Below are positions 55,434 through 64,000 of a DNA stretch of 64,000 bases, piece after piece. Both the position numbers and the translations under genes were made by a program. The notes beneath the pieces are model-generated. The model had not been told where the DNA came from. It saw only the letters and a program-made list of their open reading frames with translations, and did no database searches. Origin of the DNA: Candidatus Falkowbacteria bacterium HGW-Falkowbacteria-1 (lineage in GTDB: Bacteria > Patescibacteriota > Patescibacteriia > Patescibacteriales > UBA12465); the NCBI GenBank assembly GCA_002840305.1, contig PHAI01000002.1, positions 138,707 through 202,706 on the forward strand. Reading direction: 5' to 3'. The stretch's first letter is position 1. Every line of letters starts with the position of its first letter.

Positions 55434-58133
55434 CTATTTTAATATGAAACTGAAATATTCATCAGCGTCAAACCCTCCGCCATACTTAGATACCTCAGAA
55501 TTATCACTATCGGATTTAGGATACGCCCAGACCAACGGAAAACCAGAATTATTATAGAAAGAATAATTAAAACTTGCATTATTAGAACCAGGTTGGCTCT
55601 GCCATAGCAAACAATGCTTATTAATATTGTCTTTACTGGAAAAAATATTCTGAAAAATACTAGAAGCGCTATCTGATTGAAAAAAAACATTATACGGTAA
55701 TTCATATTCAATCTCAATTACAGATAATTGACCCAAATCTGTCATGGTCCAATTAGCAAAAACCGTTTTATCTAATTCCTGATAAATTCTTAAACCACTA
55801 GAGAGGTCTATTTCTGCCTTATTTTCGCCATTCTCTACGATTTCATTTTTTTCGAAATAAATTTCTGAATTTTTAAAATATTTTTCATCAGGTCTAGAAA
55901 AACCATAGGCCTTAATTAATTTACTACCCAGGGGCACATAAACTCTAAGCCAATCAACATTTCTAAGACCTGAAAACATAGACCACTCTTCGTCGCTCCT
56001 GTCCCTCTCTATCCTTAGCTTATTAACAACAGAACCATCTTCTTTTATTTCGGTAAGCAAAGAATAATTTTTCTCTAAAAATCTATCACTTTTGCCACCG
56101 GCAATATTAGTATCAACAATCATCAAATAATCACATGAGGTTTCCTTTACTCTACCAGCCCAAGAATAATCTTCAACAAATTTTTGCAAATCATCATTTT
56201 GAAAATAAAGTAAAATATTTTTTTTATTTAAATCATTAACTAACAATTCAAAAACAGAAAGTAGTTTTTCATTATCAATATCGCTAGTTAGCCTTTCCAA
56301 CAAAACATCAAACAAGTCGCCAATTATTTCTTTGGGCTTATTTTGTTCAAATTGATAAAGATCAAAATCATTCTCTACTAAATTAGCATTTGCAGAATTA
56401 CTCAAGGAACTTTCTGAATATAAATAATCTTCGCCCTCATCGTTCTCCGCAAGTAAATCATTCTGTGGTTTTTCTGTTCCATATAATTCTGGATTTCCTA
56501 TGAATTCCACTACTTCTTGTAAAATATCTTGAAAATTTTCACTATTTATTACTACACCATATTTTTCTGACAAATCAACTTCTCCTAAAACTGACAATAA
56601 GTCCTCAAGAACTTCTGGCGTGAAACTAATAACTCCATCAACGCTCGAACCGCCGCTCTTTTCATAAAACCACATCAAATTTTGAGCCGAAACTTTCCAG
56701 TCTGGCCACCAATTAGCATCCCAAAAATACCAAAGAGGCTTAACCAAGTGCAAGGGTTTAGGTGATTCAATTAATGTTTTCATTCCACCCTGAGTATCAT
56801 ATGATCCTCCAGCTGGAATCTCTACTTTATCAATTTTGCCATTTTTTATATCAATAATAGCATAGCTCCCAATAAAACCACCACTAGCTCTCATTTCGGA
56901 ATTATTCTGAAAAACCAAGAGATATCTCTTATCACTATCAACTCCTAAAAAATCTCGAAGAGCGTCCAAGGAATTAACAAAATTAGAAAAATTTTTTTCC
57001 AAAATCTTAAAATTATCTTTCAAATAAACAAAATCAGAACTATAGCTATCTGGCACGGCTGCAATATTTATTTTATTTAAATAACTATTCGTTTTCTTCA
57101 AATCGTTAAAAGATTTTTTAATATAAAAAGAAAAATCAGCAAAATCACTCTTATTATTTTTATCAGCAAAAAAAGAAAACAAAGAGTTAAAAGAGAGCGT
57201 TAGATCGTTCCCCAAGGAAGATAAATAAAGACCAACTTTGGAAATATTTTTAGACTGGGAAAGCGCTTTTACCTCCTGATTATTTGAAAAAAAACTCAAA
57301 AATATTAACAATTCATCAACCTTTTTTAATTCTTGATCAACAATTTTAAAATTTTCACCTGCCTCACTAAATTTATTATAGGCCTTGTAAAAGTCAAATA
57401 CTGAAACTGCCTTTGAACCCGAAGAAAAACTTTCGACTCCGGCCATAGAGTAATTCATTAAATCATCTTTCAGGCCGCTCCCTTTATAAAGGTTATAATA
57501 ATTTATAATCTTAAAAATAGACGCTAAAAATAATAAAAACAAAAAAAATAACAAAAAAGACTTTATTCTTTTCCCTTTTTTGGGTCTAAAAAGCGGTAAC
57601 TGTTTAGTTTTTAGATAATCGAAGTTAACTATTTTATGATTTTTGTTTTTTTTGAACAAACGTTTAAATTTAATACGTGGTAATTTTATTTTAAAACTAA
57701 AAAACTTCACAATAAAAACGGCCGTTGACTTGAAAATATTAAAAATTACAAAAAAAGGAAATAAAATAACTCTTTTAAAAAACCTAAAAATTTTTATTCT
57801 ATTTAAAAATTTAATAATATCAACAATCCAATCAAAGAAAAAACAATAAATACTCTTTGCTATCTTAAATAAAAACAACCAAAAAGGATAAAAAAGAGTT
57901 CGTTCAAACTTGTTTTTATTGAATTTTATAATCTTTATCGCCCTCCCCTTTCTTCTACTAAGAAAATTATGAGAAAAATCTGATTCTCTTTCTTTATTAT
58001 TTTCACGAAACAGATCCTTTTTGTTTTTTGTATCTTGTTTGCTATTATTTACGCCAGATCTTAAATCAACTACAAAATCCGAAGAATAATCCTCTGAAAA
58101 AACCTTTATATTATGTTTTTTAATAAAAGCCAT
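55434..58133 (-). CDS. DUF4012-type envelope protein, long form (~899 aa) with a basic multi-TM N-terminal region
   Basis: FQNNSEMRASGGFIGSYAIIDIKNGKI is paralogous to 12798..14771. The start is moved to MAFIKKH (cat 58131-58133), 8 nt after the upstream stop. Confidence 0.6.
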   Translation of the reverse strand: MAFIKKHNIKVFSEDYSSDFVVDLRSGVNNSKQDTKNKKDLFRENNKERESDFSHNFLSRRKGRAIKIIKFNKNKFERTLFYPFWLFLFKIAKSIYCFFFDWIVDIIKFLNRIKIFRFFKRVILFPFFVIFNIFKSTAVFIVKFFSFKIKLPRIKFKRLFKKNKNHKIVNFDYLKTKQLPLFRPKKGKRIKSFLLFFLFLLFLASIFKIINYYNLYKGSGLKDDLMNYSMAGVESFSSGSKAVSVFDFYKAYNKFSEAGENFKIVDQELKKVDELLIFLSFFSNNQEVKALSQSKNISKVGLYLSSLGNDLTLSFNSLFSFFADKNNKSDFADFSFYIKKSFNDLKKTNSYLNKINIAAVPDSYSSDFVYLKDNFKILEKNFSNFVNSLDALRDFLGVDSDKRYLLVFQNNSEMRASGGFIGSYAIIDIKNGKIDKVEIPAGGSYDTQGGMKTLIESPKPLHLVKPLWYFWDANWWPDWKVSAQNLMWFYEKSGGSSVDGVISFTPEVLEDLLSVLGEVDLSEKYGVVINSENFQDILQEVVEFIGNPELYGTEKPQNDLLAENDEGEDYLYSESSLSNSANANLVENDFDLYQFEQNKPKEIIGDLFDVLLERLTSDIDNEKLLSVFELLVNDLNKKNILLYFQNDDLQKFVEDYSWAGRVKETSCDYLMIVDTNIAGGKSDRFLEKNYSLLTEIKEDGSVVNKLRIERDRSDEEWSMFSGLRNVDWLRVYVPLGSKLIKAYGFSRPDEKYFKNSEIYFEKNEIVENGENKAEIDLSSGLRIYQELDKTVFANWTMTDLGQLSVIEIEYELPYNVFFQSDSASSIFQNIFSSKDNINKHCLLWQSQPGSNNASFNYSFYNNSGFPLVWAYPKSDSDNSEVSKYGGGFDADEYFSFILK

Positions 58134-58141
58134 AAAAATAA

Positions 58142-59338
58142 TTACTTTAATTGATCTAAAAATACTTGCCAAGTCTTGAAGGCACATTCCCACCAATTAT
58201 ATTTCTTAATTACCTCTTTACCGTTTTCGACTATTTTCTTTCTTAGACCTTCGTCGCTAATAATATTTTTGAGCTTCCCCAAAAAATCCTTTTCATCTCC
58301 AGATTTAAAATATAGAGCACCATCCTCAAGAATTTCTGGCATACTAGCAGCATTAGAGCTTAAAACTGGACAAAAATTAAACAAAGCTTCAAGCGGTGGC
58401 AAACCAAAGCCTTCATAAAGAGACGGGAAAACATAGACTAATGCTTTTTTATATAAAATTTCCAACTTATCATCAGGAACATAACCAGTAAAAACAACAG
58501 AATCAACATCAAGCTGGCTATTCTTGGAAATTAAAAGATTAAAATAATCTTTCAATTTTTTGTAAAAATAATCTTCCTTGCCAACTAAAACCAATTTTAA
58601 ATTTTTATTGTTTTCATTAAAAATCAAAAATGATTTTATCAAAAATTCTAAATTTTTGTGAGGGTAAGCATTACCAACATAAAGCAAGAAGGGGGAATAT
58701 ATTTGATAATCACTTAAAACCTCATCATTGTTTAATTTAGCAACAAATAAAGAGTCCCTGCCCTTAGACAAATTAGATATCCCCTCATAGATAACCTCAA
58801 TTTTTTCCGCCCTCACTTTAAACTGCTCAATAATATCATTTTTTGTAAAATTAGAGACAGTAATTATTTTTCTTGATCTCTTAAGCGCCATTTTAATAAC
58901 TAAACGATAGAAAAAGTCTTTTAAATTATAAACTACTGGGTGACGCGTAGAAGCCTTCACTGTTTTAAACTTCGTCAAAATTAAATCATGAACAGTGACC
59001 ACGAATTTAACTGGACAAAGAATCGGAACATTAAAGTGAGTAAAATGAATTAAATCTAAATTTTCTCTCCAAATATAAAAAGGAAATAACAATTGTTCTT
59101 TTAATGTATACCACTTAATATCAACCAAGACTTTGCTTACATTATCATCTTCATCGCCCAGAACTAGTTCGTCAAAATTGTTTTTACCCAAAAAAACAAT
59201 ATATTTGTTATCTTTATCAATCTTTATAATATTATCAACAATTTCTTGAGTATAACGACCAAGGCCCTTGGCAAAAGGACCATAAAATCTAGCATCTATT
59301 CCTATTCTTTTTATTTTATTGCTATTTATATTTTTCAT
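58142..59338 (-). CDS. Glycosyltransferase, GT4 (group 1) family
   Basis: RIGIDARFYGPFAKGLGRYT..., FPSLYEGFGLPPLEALFNFCPVLSSNAASMPEIL. Confidence 0.8.
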   Translation of the reverse strand: MKNINSNKIKRIGIDARFYGPFAKGLGRYTQEIVDNIIKIDKDNKYIVFLGKNNFDELVLGDEDDNVSKVLVDIKWYTLKEQLLFPFYIWRENLDLIHFTHFNVPILCPVKFVVTVHDLILTKFKTVKASTRHPVVYNLKDFFYRLVIKMALKRSRKIITVSNFTKNDIIEQFKVRAEKIEVIYEGISNLSKGRDSLFVAKLNNDEVLSDYQIYSPFLLYVGNAYPHKNLEFLIKSFLIFNENNKNLKLVLVGKEDYFYKKLKDYFNLLISKNSQLDVDSVVFTGYVPDDKLEILYKKALVYVFPSLYEGFGLPPLEALFNFCPVLSSNAASMPEILEDGALYFKSGDEKDFLGKLKNIISDEGLRKKIVENGKEVIKKYNWWECAFKTWQVFLDQLK

Positions 59339-59344
59339 TTTATC

Positions 59345-60790
59345 TTACCCGAAAGGTAAATTAGCCGGGGGCATTCCCTTGCCACTTTCAACCGGCTCTT
59401 TTGTTTCAGATTCTGTTTTTTCTTTCTTTGAATAATCACCAGAAAGAAGTTCATCCCTCAAATTGTCAATACCAGAGGAAGATTCATCGGTTATTAAATT
59501 AGCTGGCGGTTTATATCTCTTAGCCGGGGTCTTTTGAACTAAAGGAGCATTGGACGTAGCCTCAACTGGAAAATGCCATAAGGTAGCTAATTCTTCTACA
59601 TTCAATAAAAAAGGTGTCCTTCCCGCCCAGTCATTTCTATCCATATAATAGGTCGTAATATTATTTTTTCTAGCTATCAACCGTGGTCCTTTATTAAAAT
59701 AAGAAACTTTAGTAGCAGTTCTCTTTAAGTCTGGTTTTAAATTATTTAAATCAAGCGCGGCGAACTGTTTTATGTATCCAACAAAACCATTGGCCACCTT
59801 AGCCTTATTCATAACCTCTTTTTTGGCCATATACACAACTCTAATTTTGCACAAAAAGGCTAATTTGGAGGACTTTTCTTGTATTGCCTCTATCCGTTTT
59901 TTTTCTTTAGGGGTAAGTTCCATCATGGACTTTTTTCTAAATTCATCTTTCTTCTCTTCAACATCACCCCAAATAGAAAAAATCATTTCGCTCAAATCGG
60001 ATATTGTATTAACAATGAAATCTATAAGCTTGTTAAGCAAACTAGTTTTTGGCTCTTGCCCTAATATTTTATTAATTTCATCATCACCATCGTCCATCCA
60101 ATCAAAACCGGTCGGAACTAAAATTATCTGATACCAGAGATGTTCTCCCTTTCTTAAGCTACTGCAAAGCTCCATGAGCTCAGACATCGGATCCTTAAAA
60201 AGAGTTTCATCTGGTCCTAATTGATGCTCAAACTCTTTATACGTTTTAATGGGAAACATATAATGGCTAGATTGTATAAATTCCGTGCCCCAAACATCAT
60301 ATTCTTCATCGGGAAATTTATTTGGAAAACCATCACAATAATCGTCAACCTCAACTATTTCAGCATCTGGGTATTGAGAATAAACAGCCGACTCAACTAA
60401 GTCTCTAAATTTAGCCGGAGTTCTAATTAAAAATTGGGTATATCCTTCCGAGCTCACTATTTCCAAACTAAAAGAAAGCTGATACTCACCTAAAAACCAT
60501 TCTTCAAAAAAATTTTGAGTCGCATGAGCACCAGCTAAATAACTAAACATATTTTCAACAGCTCTGGGCGATTGGATATTACCCCTGGGAATATCTATAG
60601 CTAATAATATAAATTTTATGTCGGACCCCCATTTACCCTTTACGTATTTCAACCACAAGATTTTTGCGGCTAACAAAAACATAATAGCAAAAATAAGCCA
60701 ACCAAAATTAATTAAAAATAATTTTAGCATCAAATCAAGAGGTAAATTAAAAAAATCTTGCACGGGAGTAAAGTCTATTATTATATCCAT
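59345..60790 (-). CDS. Membrane-anchored hypothetical protein (481 aa), paralogous to the N-domain of the ATPase at 1..2134
   Basis: TM FLINFGWLIFAIMFLLAAKILW. Shared blocks with the 1..2134 protein are FSLEIVSS vs FSFEIVSS, YSQYPDAEIVEVDDY vs HAHYPEASIEEVEDY, ELTPKEKKRIEAIQEK vs ELTEKEREMLKKMEEK, and LLNVEELATLWHFPV vs LLNTEELVSMYHFPL. It has no P-loop. Confidence 0.7.
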   Translation of the reverse strand: MDIIIDFTPVQDFFNLPLDLMLKLFLINFGWLIFAIMFLLAAKILWLKYVKGKWGSDIKFILLAIDIPRGNIQSPRAVENMFSYLAGAHATQNFFEEWFLGEYQLSFSLEIVSSEGYTQFLIRTPAKFRDLVESAVYSQYPDAEIVEVDDYCDGFPNKFPDEEYDVWGTEFIQSSHYMFPIKTYKEFEHQLGPDETLFKDPMSELMELCSSLRKGEHLWYQIILVPTGFDWMDDGDDEINKILGQEPKTSLLNKLIDFIVNTISDLSEMIFSIWGDVEEKKDEFRKKSMMELTPKEKKRIEAIQEKSSKLAFLCKIRVVYMAKKEVMNKAKVANGFVGYIKQFAALDLNNLKPDLKRTATKVSYFNKGPRLIARKNNITTYYMDRNDWAGRTPFLLNVEELATLWHFPVEATSNAPLVQKTPAKRYKPPANLITDESSSGIDNLRDELLSGDYSKKEKTESETKEPVESGKGMPPANLPFG

Positions 60791-60842
60791 AAAAAAAGTT
60801 AATTACCTATATAATAACACAAATTATTTATAAAATCAAAAA

Positions 60843-60870
60843 AACACCCCGATGGTAAATCGAGGTGTTT
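60843..60870 (-). terminator. Intrinsic terminator after the sigma-region-4 gene
   Basis: On the minus strand: AAAACACCUCGAU-UUACC-AUCGGGGUGUUUUUUU. Confidence 0.6.
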
Positions 60871-60886
60871 TACGAATATTTAAATT

Positions 60887-61912
60887 TTATTTCTGCCAAG
60901 TTTTAAGACCGTAAATGCCTCTATCAACCAATATATAACGATCATCCAAAATAAGCTCATTATGGACAGAACCAGCGTTAGCCTTTTTATGATCAAAGCC
61001 CACTTTATTTATTTTTTCTGTTATTTCAGTAAAATGCATCGGCTTCCCTTCTTCATTCAAAATTAAATATATTTTATCAGATATTCTCTTCGGTTTGACT
61101 TCTGGCCAACTGTCATGGCCCCAATGACCCATTTTATTTCTATTTATATCCTTTACGGCATGAATCATGGAATACAACGGTTTATTACTATTTATAGTCT
61201 CTCCTTTTTCGGGAAAAATTTCATTTTTAAAAATAGAAGTCAAATCAAGATTGTTTTTTTCTTTAATTATTTTATCTTTATAAAGATTAAAAGTTTTTGA
61301 ATTTTTAACTGTTTCTATCAATTCGTCGATTTTCATTGTTTTTTTAACTGATAAAATATTTGATTTTAACTCATCAACAATGTCTTCTAAATAATTTACA
61401 GCCTTATCTTTTACCTTATAAAAAGGAGAAAATCTCTCAGAATTGTCCACCTTTTCGATATGATCAGTCAATAGATTAGACAAAATGAATTCAAAATAGT
61501 TTTTAGAATTTTTCTTTTTTGATTCTAATTCTTTTTCATCAACTTGCAAGGTTAAGATAGATAGAATATCTAAAAGAAAATCCTTTTCCATTATTCCACC
61601 ATGTTCATCCAAGATGTCTTCTACGACACCACGAACAGTTTCTAGTCTTTTATCAAGACTGTCTAGTTTTTTTATTTTTTCTAGGCTAGCCCTTTCAATC
61701 TGTCGCACCCTCTCTCTGGTTAAATTATGAAGTCTGCCTATTTCCTCTAAAGTCTGAGAATCATGTCCGCTCAAAGCAAAACGACGAGATAGAATATCCC
61801 TTTCTCTCTCTTGAAGCTCGTCAAAAATTCTGTTAACAATCTCGACTGCGTTGAGTTTCAAGATTTCGTCTTTCTTTTTATCATTTATTATTTTCTTTAA
61901 AAAATCTTTCAT
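60887..61912 (-). CDS. DNA-binding protein with an N-terminal sigma-70 region 4 HTH and a C-terminal HARE-HTH-like domain (341 aa)
   Basis: ERERDILSRRFALSGHDSQTLEEIGRLHNLTRERVRQIERASLEKIKKL is region 4. The C-terminus is IYLILNEEGKPMHFTEITEKI...DDRYILVDRGIYGLKTW. No regions 2 or 3 are present. Confidence 0.65.
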   Translation of the reverse strand: MKDFLKKIINDKKKDEILKLNAVEIVNRIFDELQERERDILSRRFALSGHDSQTLEEIGRLHNLTRERVRQIERASLEKIKKLDSLDKRLETVRGVVEDILDEHGGIMEKDFLLDILSILTLQVDEKELESKKKNSKNYFEFILSNLLTDHIEKVDNSERFSPFYKVKDKAVNYLEDIVDELKSNILSVKKTMKIDELIETVKNSKTFNLYKDKIIKEKNNLDLTSIFKNEIFPEKGETINSNKPLYSMIHAVKDINRNKMGHWGHDSWPEVKPKRISDKIYLILNEEGKPMHFTEITEKINKVGFDHKKANAGSVHNELILDDRYILVDRGIYGLKTWQK

Positions 61913-61942
61913 ATGTCATAAAGACTAATTATTAGTACTAGT

Positions 61943-61971
61943 ATTAAATCATATTTTAAAAAATAAGTCAA
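61943..61971 (-). promoter_or_regulatory. Promoter for the sigma-region-4 gene
   Basis: On the minus strand: TTGACT (61966-61971), 17 nt, TTTAAT (61943-61948). Confidence 0.45.
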
Positions 61972-61992
61972 TACCATTGTTTTTTAGTAAAA

Positions 61993-63045
61993 TTAGCCAT
62001 TTTTCATTAATTTCTCAATATTCGAAACAATGTTATTCCTATTTTTCAGCGCTTTTCTTCTTTTTTCTATCTCTTTTCTCAAACTAAAAATTTTTAGTAT
62101 CTGCCTTCTTTCAAAAAGCAGACCATAAAACAGCAAAAAGACAAACCTAAAAGATGACGGAACCCAAACCTTAAAGGAAAATCGAAGCTTTTTGAACTTT
62201 AATATTAATATCAACTGATTTAAAAAAGATTGAGATCTAAGCTTGTTCTCTCCCTCTTTAAAAATGAGACTATAAATATTAAGGGATTTGGACGATAAAT
62301 TTCTATCATGATAAACTTTGGCGCCCGGGACAAGATATGACTTCCAACCTGCCAATTGTAAACGATAGGCCAAATCAATATCCTCTTTATACATAAACAT
62401 CATTTCGTCAAAAAATTCTAAATGTTTGCCGTTATTGTAGGCAACATCAACCAAGGCTCTAATATTAAAAAAAGCTGCGGCGCCAGAAACACCAAAAATC
62501 TCTTTTTTTTCGTCAAATTCATAATTATTATCAAGTTCCCCTTGCCCAACATCAAAAAAACGATGCAATCTGTTCAAACCTATTCCCAGGCTGTCAATAT
62601 TTTTAGTTAATTGATTATTTTCAAAATTCCATTTTAATATTTTTGGAGAAAACGAGGAAACAAGATTAAAGTTATCTTTGTTTTTAATAAATTCACAAAC
62701 CAACTTATTTATAGAGTCATCCTCCAAAACAACATCTGGATTAACTGCCAAAAATAAATCAGCCTTTCTTTCTATAGCCTCATTTATTATTAAATTAAAG
62801 CCCCTAGCAAAGCCCAAATTGCAATCCGATTTAATCAGTAAAAATTTATCCAATAATCCACTCTCTCTTCTAAAATTGTCAATATATGTATAATTATCAA
62901 AATAATCCTCACTATTATCAAGAGATATTATCTCAAAATCAATATCTTCCAATTCATAAACGGCTTTTTTTAAACTAGGCAAAAAGAAAGGTAAATACCT
63001 GTTGGTACTCTGATTATAACTTATAAAACCAATAATAATCTTCAT
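61993..63045 (-). CDS. Glycosyltransferase, GT2 family
   Basis: IIIGFISYNQ..., ISLDNSED, GFARGFNLIINEA, LAVNPDVVLE (DxD-like). Confidence 0.75.
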   Translation of the reverse strand: MKIIIGFISYNQSTNRYLPFFLPSLKKAVYELEDIDFEIISLDNSEDYFDNYTYIDNFRRESGLLDKFLLIKSDCNLGFARGFNLIINEAIERKADLFLAVNPDVVLEDDSINKLVCEFIKNKDNFNLVSSFSPKILKWNFENNQLTKNIDSLGIGLNRLHRFFDVGQGELDNNYEFDEKKEIFGVSGAAAFFNIRALVDVAYNNGKHLEFFDEMMFMYKEDIDLAYRLQLAGWKSYLVPGAKVYHDRNLSSKSLNIYSLIFKEGENKLRSQSFLNQLILILKFKKLRFSFKVWVPSSFRFVFLLFYGLLFERRQILKIFSLRKEIEKRRKALKNRNNIVSNIEKLMKNG

Positions 63046-63063
63046 AGATACGATATAATAAAT

Positions 63064-63084
63064 AAAGCGCCAGAGGCGCCTTAT
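63064..63084 (-). terminator. Short GC hairpin terminator after rpsI
   Basis: GCGCC (63067-63071), AGA, GGCGC (63075-63079), followed on the minus strand by UUUAUUUAUU. Confidence 0.45.
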
Positions 63085-63101
63085 TTGTTCTTATCCTAAT
63101 A

Positions 63102-63659
63102 TTAACGTTTTGACCATTGAGGAGCCTTACGAGCTTTTTTGAGTCCAGGTTTCTTTCTTTCTTTCTTTCGAGGATCTCTAGTCAAATAACCATTAGTCTT
63201 TAAAATAGTTTTTAGTTCAGGATCATATTTAAGCAAAGTTCTGGCAATACCATGACGAATAGCTTCAATTTGGCTGGAAGATCCTCCGCCTCTAACGATA
63301 ACTGAGAAATCAAAATCTTTCAATTTTGAACAAGATTTAATTGGTTGCAAAGCAACATTTAAATTATCCTCAGAAAGAAATTCGGTAGCGACTGTATTAT
63401 TAATAACAACATCACCCTTACCAGGATAATAAAGACGAACCTGCGCAACGGCAGTTTTTCTGCGACCAGTAGCCTGAATATATTTAGACGACAAAGCCTC
63501 CTTCTTAACCAACGGTTTCGCAACGGAAGATTTTTTTTCAACAACAGCTTTAACAGCTTTAACAGCTTTAACTTCTTTTTCTTTTTTAACGATTTTTTTT
63601 ACCTTTACTTCTTCCTTTTTAACCGTTGATTTTTTAGATGTTTTTTTAATTTCGCTCAT
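63102..63659 (-). CDS. rpsI: 30S ribosomal protein S9 with a ~55-aa Lys-rich N-terminal extension
   Basis: The C-terminal two thirds are canonical (GRRKTAVAQVRL...GGGSSSQIEAIRHGIARTL...PRKKERKKPGLKKARKAPQWSKR). The N-terminus is K/V/E-rich with KAVKAVKAV. Confidence 0.9.
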   Translation of the reverse strand: MSEIKKTSKKSTVKKEEVKVKKIVKKEKEVKAVKAVKAVVEKKSSVAKPLVKKEALSSKYIQATGRRKTAVAQVRLYYPGKGDVVINNTVATEFLSEDNLNVALQPIKSCSKLKDFDFSVIVRGGGSSSQIEAIRHGIARTLLKYDPELKTILKTNGYLTRDPRKKERKKPGLKKARKAPQWSKR

Positions 63660-63729
63660 TTTGGATATATAATTAATTAAGTAAATTAATAAAAACTAAT
63701 TTATTTAACTATTATTTAATAATTTTATA

Positions 63730-64000
63730 TTATCTAATTATCAATCTTTTTATTATATCTTTTCTCATTTTAGTTGGGGCCAACATTTCCCTTACCGCCC
63801 TCCTTAAAACTTCTCCAGGATTAGAAGTAAAGACATCTTTTAATTTTTTTTCTTTCAACCCACCTAAATAACCCGAGTAACTAAAATATTTTTTTTGATC
63901 CATTTTTTTGCCAGTAAATTTAGCCTTGCCTATGTTTACAACCTCAACCATATCACCTAAGTCAAGATGTGGTTCAAATTCTGGTTTATTTTTACCTCTC
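63730..64000 (-). CDS. rplM: 50S ribosomal protein L13; the N-terminus lies beyond the window end
   Basis: The track lists only 63730..63951 from an internal Met. The frame stays open to nt 64000: RGKNKPEFEPHLDLGDMVEVVNIGKAKFTGKK... matches the L13 core. Confidence 0.85.
   Translation of the reverse strand, partial: RGKNKPEFEPHLDLGDMVEVVNIGKAKFTGKKMDQKKYFSYSGYLGGLKEKKLKDVFTSNPGEVLRRAVREMLAPTKMRKDIIKRLIIR

Noticed and set aside
1-64000. Alternative genetic code (UGA recoding, as in some CPR relatives)
   Set aside because: Long uninterrupted ORFs appear under the standard code, and TGA clearly terminates well-aligned genes (rlmN at 18883, GH3 at 23439, the small ORF at 25672).

Overview
This window is a visibly AT-rich, very gene-dense bacterial chromosome segment. 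I call about 59 protein genes, and all but four are on the minus strand. The genetic code is standard, because TGA is used as a stop at 18883, 23439 and 25672.

Housekeeping content:
- Ribosomal proteins L27, L7/L12, L10, L25, S2, S9 and L13, plus EF-Ts.
- ThrRS, CysRS, RlmN, Dus, Tgt, a short TsaB and the CCA-adding enzyme.
- A NifS/IscU pair, a ZIP transporter, FtsW/RodA, cyclophilin and PSP1/RicT.

Energy genes are GAPDH followed by a NuoF-like flavoprotein, an [FeFe]-hydrogenase and a TM1266-type regulator.

The accessory content is mostly envelope-related:
- Two glycan loci, each built around a DUF4012-type protein.
- A type IV pilin fused to a FISUMP domain.
- An S8 protease with FG-GAP repeats.
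- A beta-barrel-like secreted protein.
- A VirD4/TraG-like ATPase truncated by the window edge and missing from the ORF track, plus a stand-alone paralog of its N-domain 57 kb away.
- A GH3 / FeeM-like acyltransferase / orphan histidine kinase cluster.

Overall the gene content looks like a small-genome fermentative Candidate Phyla Radiation (Patescibacteria) type organism. That assignment is inference, not something I measured.

RNA and regulatory elements read directly from the sequence:
- A canonical T-box antiterminator upstream of thrS.
- An L10-leader-like attenuator.
- An alternative-pairing leader before rpsB.
- A promoter-to-terminator bounded candidate sRNA opposite the nifS/iscU strand.
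- A GC-rich compound palindrome upstream of the pilin gene.

I saw no rRNA, tRNA, CRISPR array, transposase or integrase.
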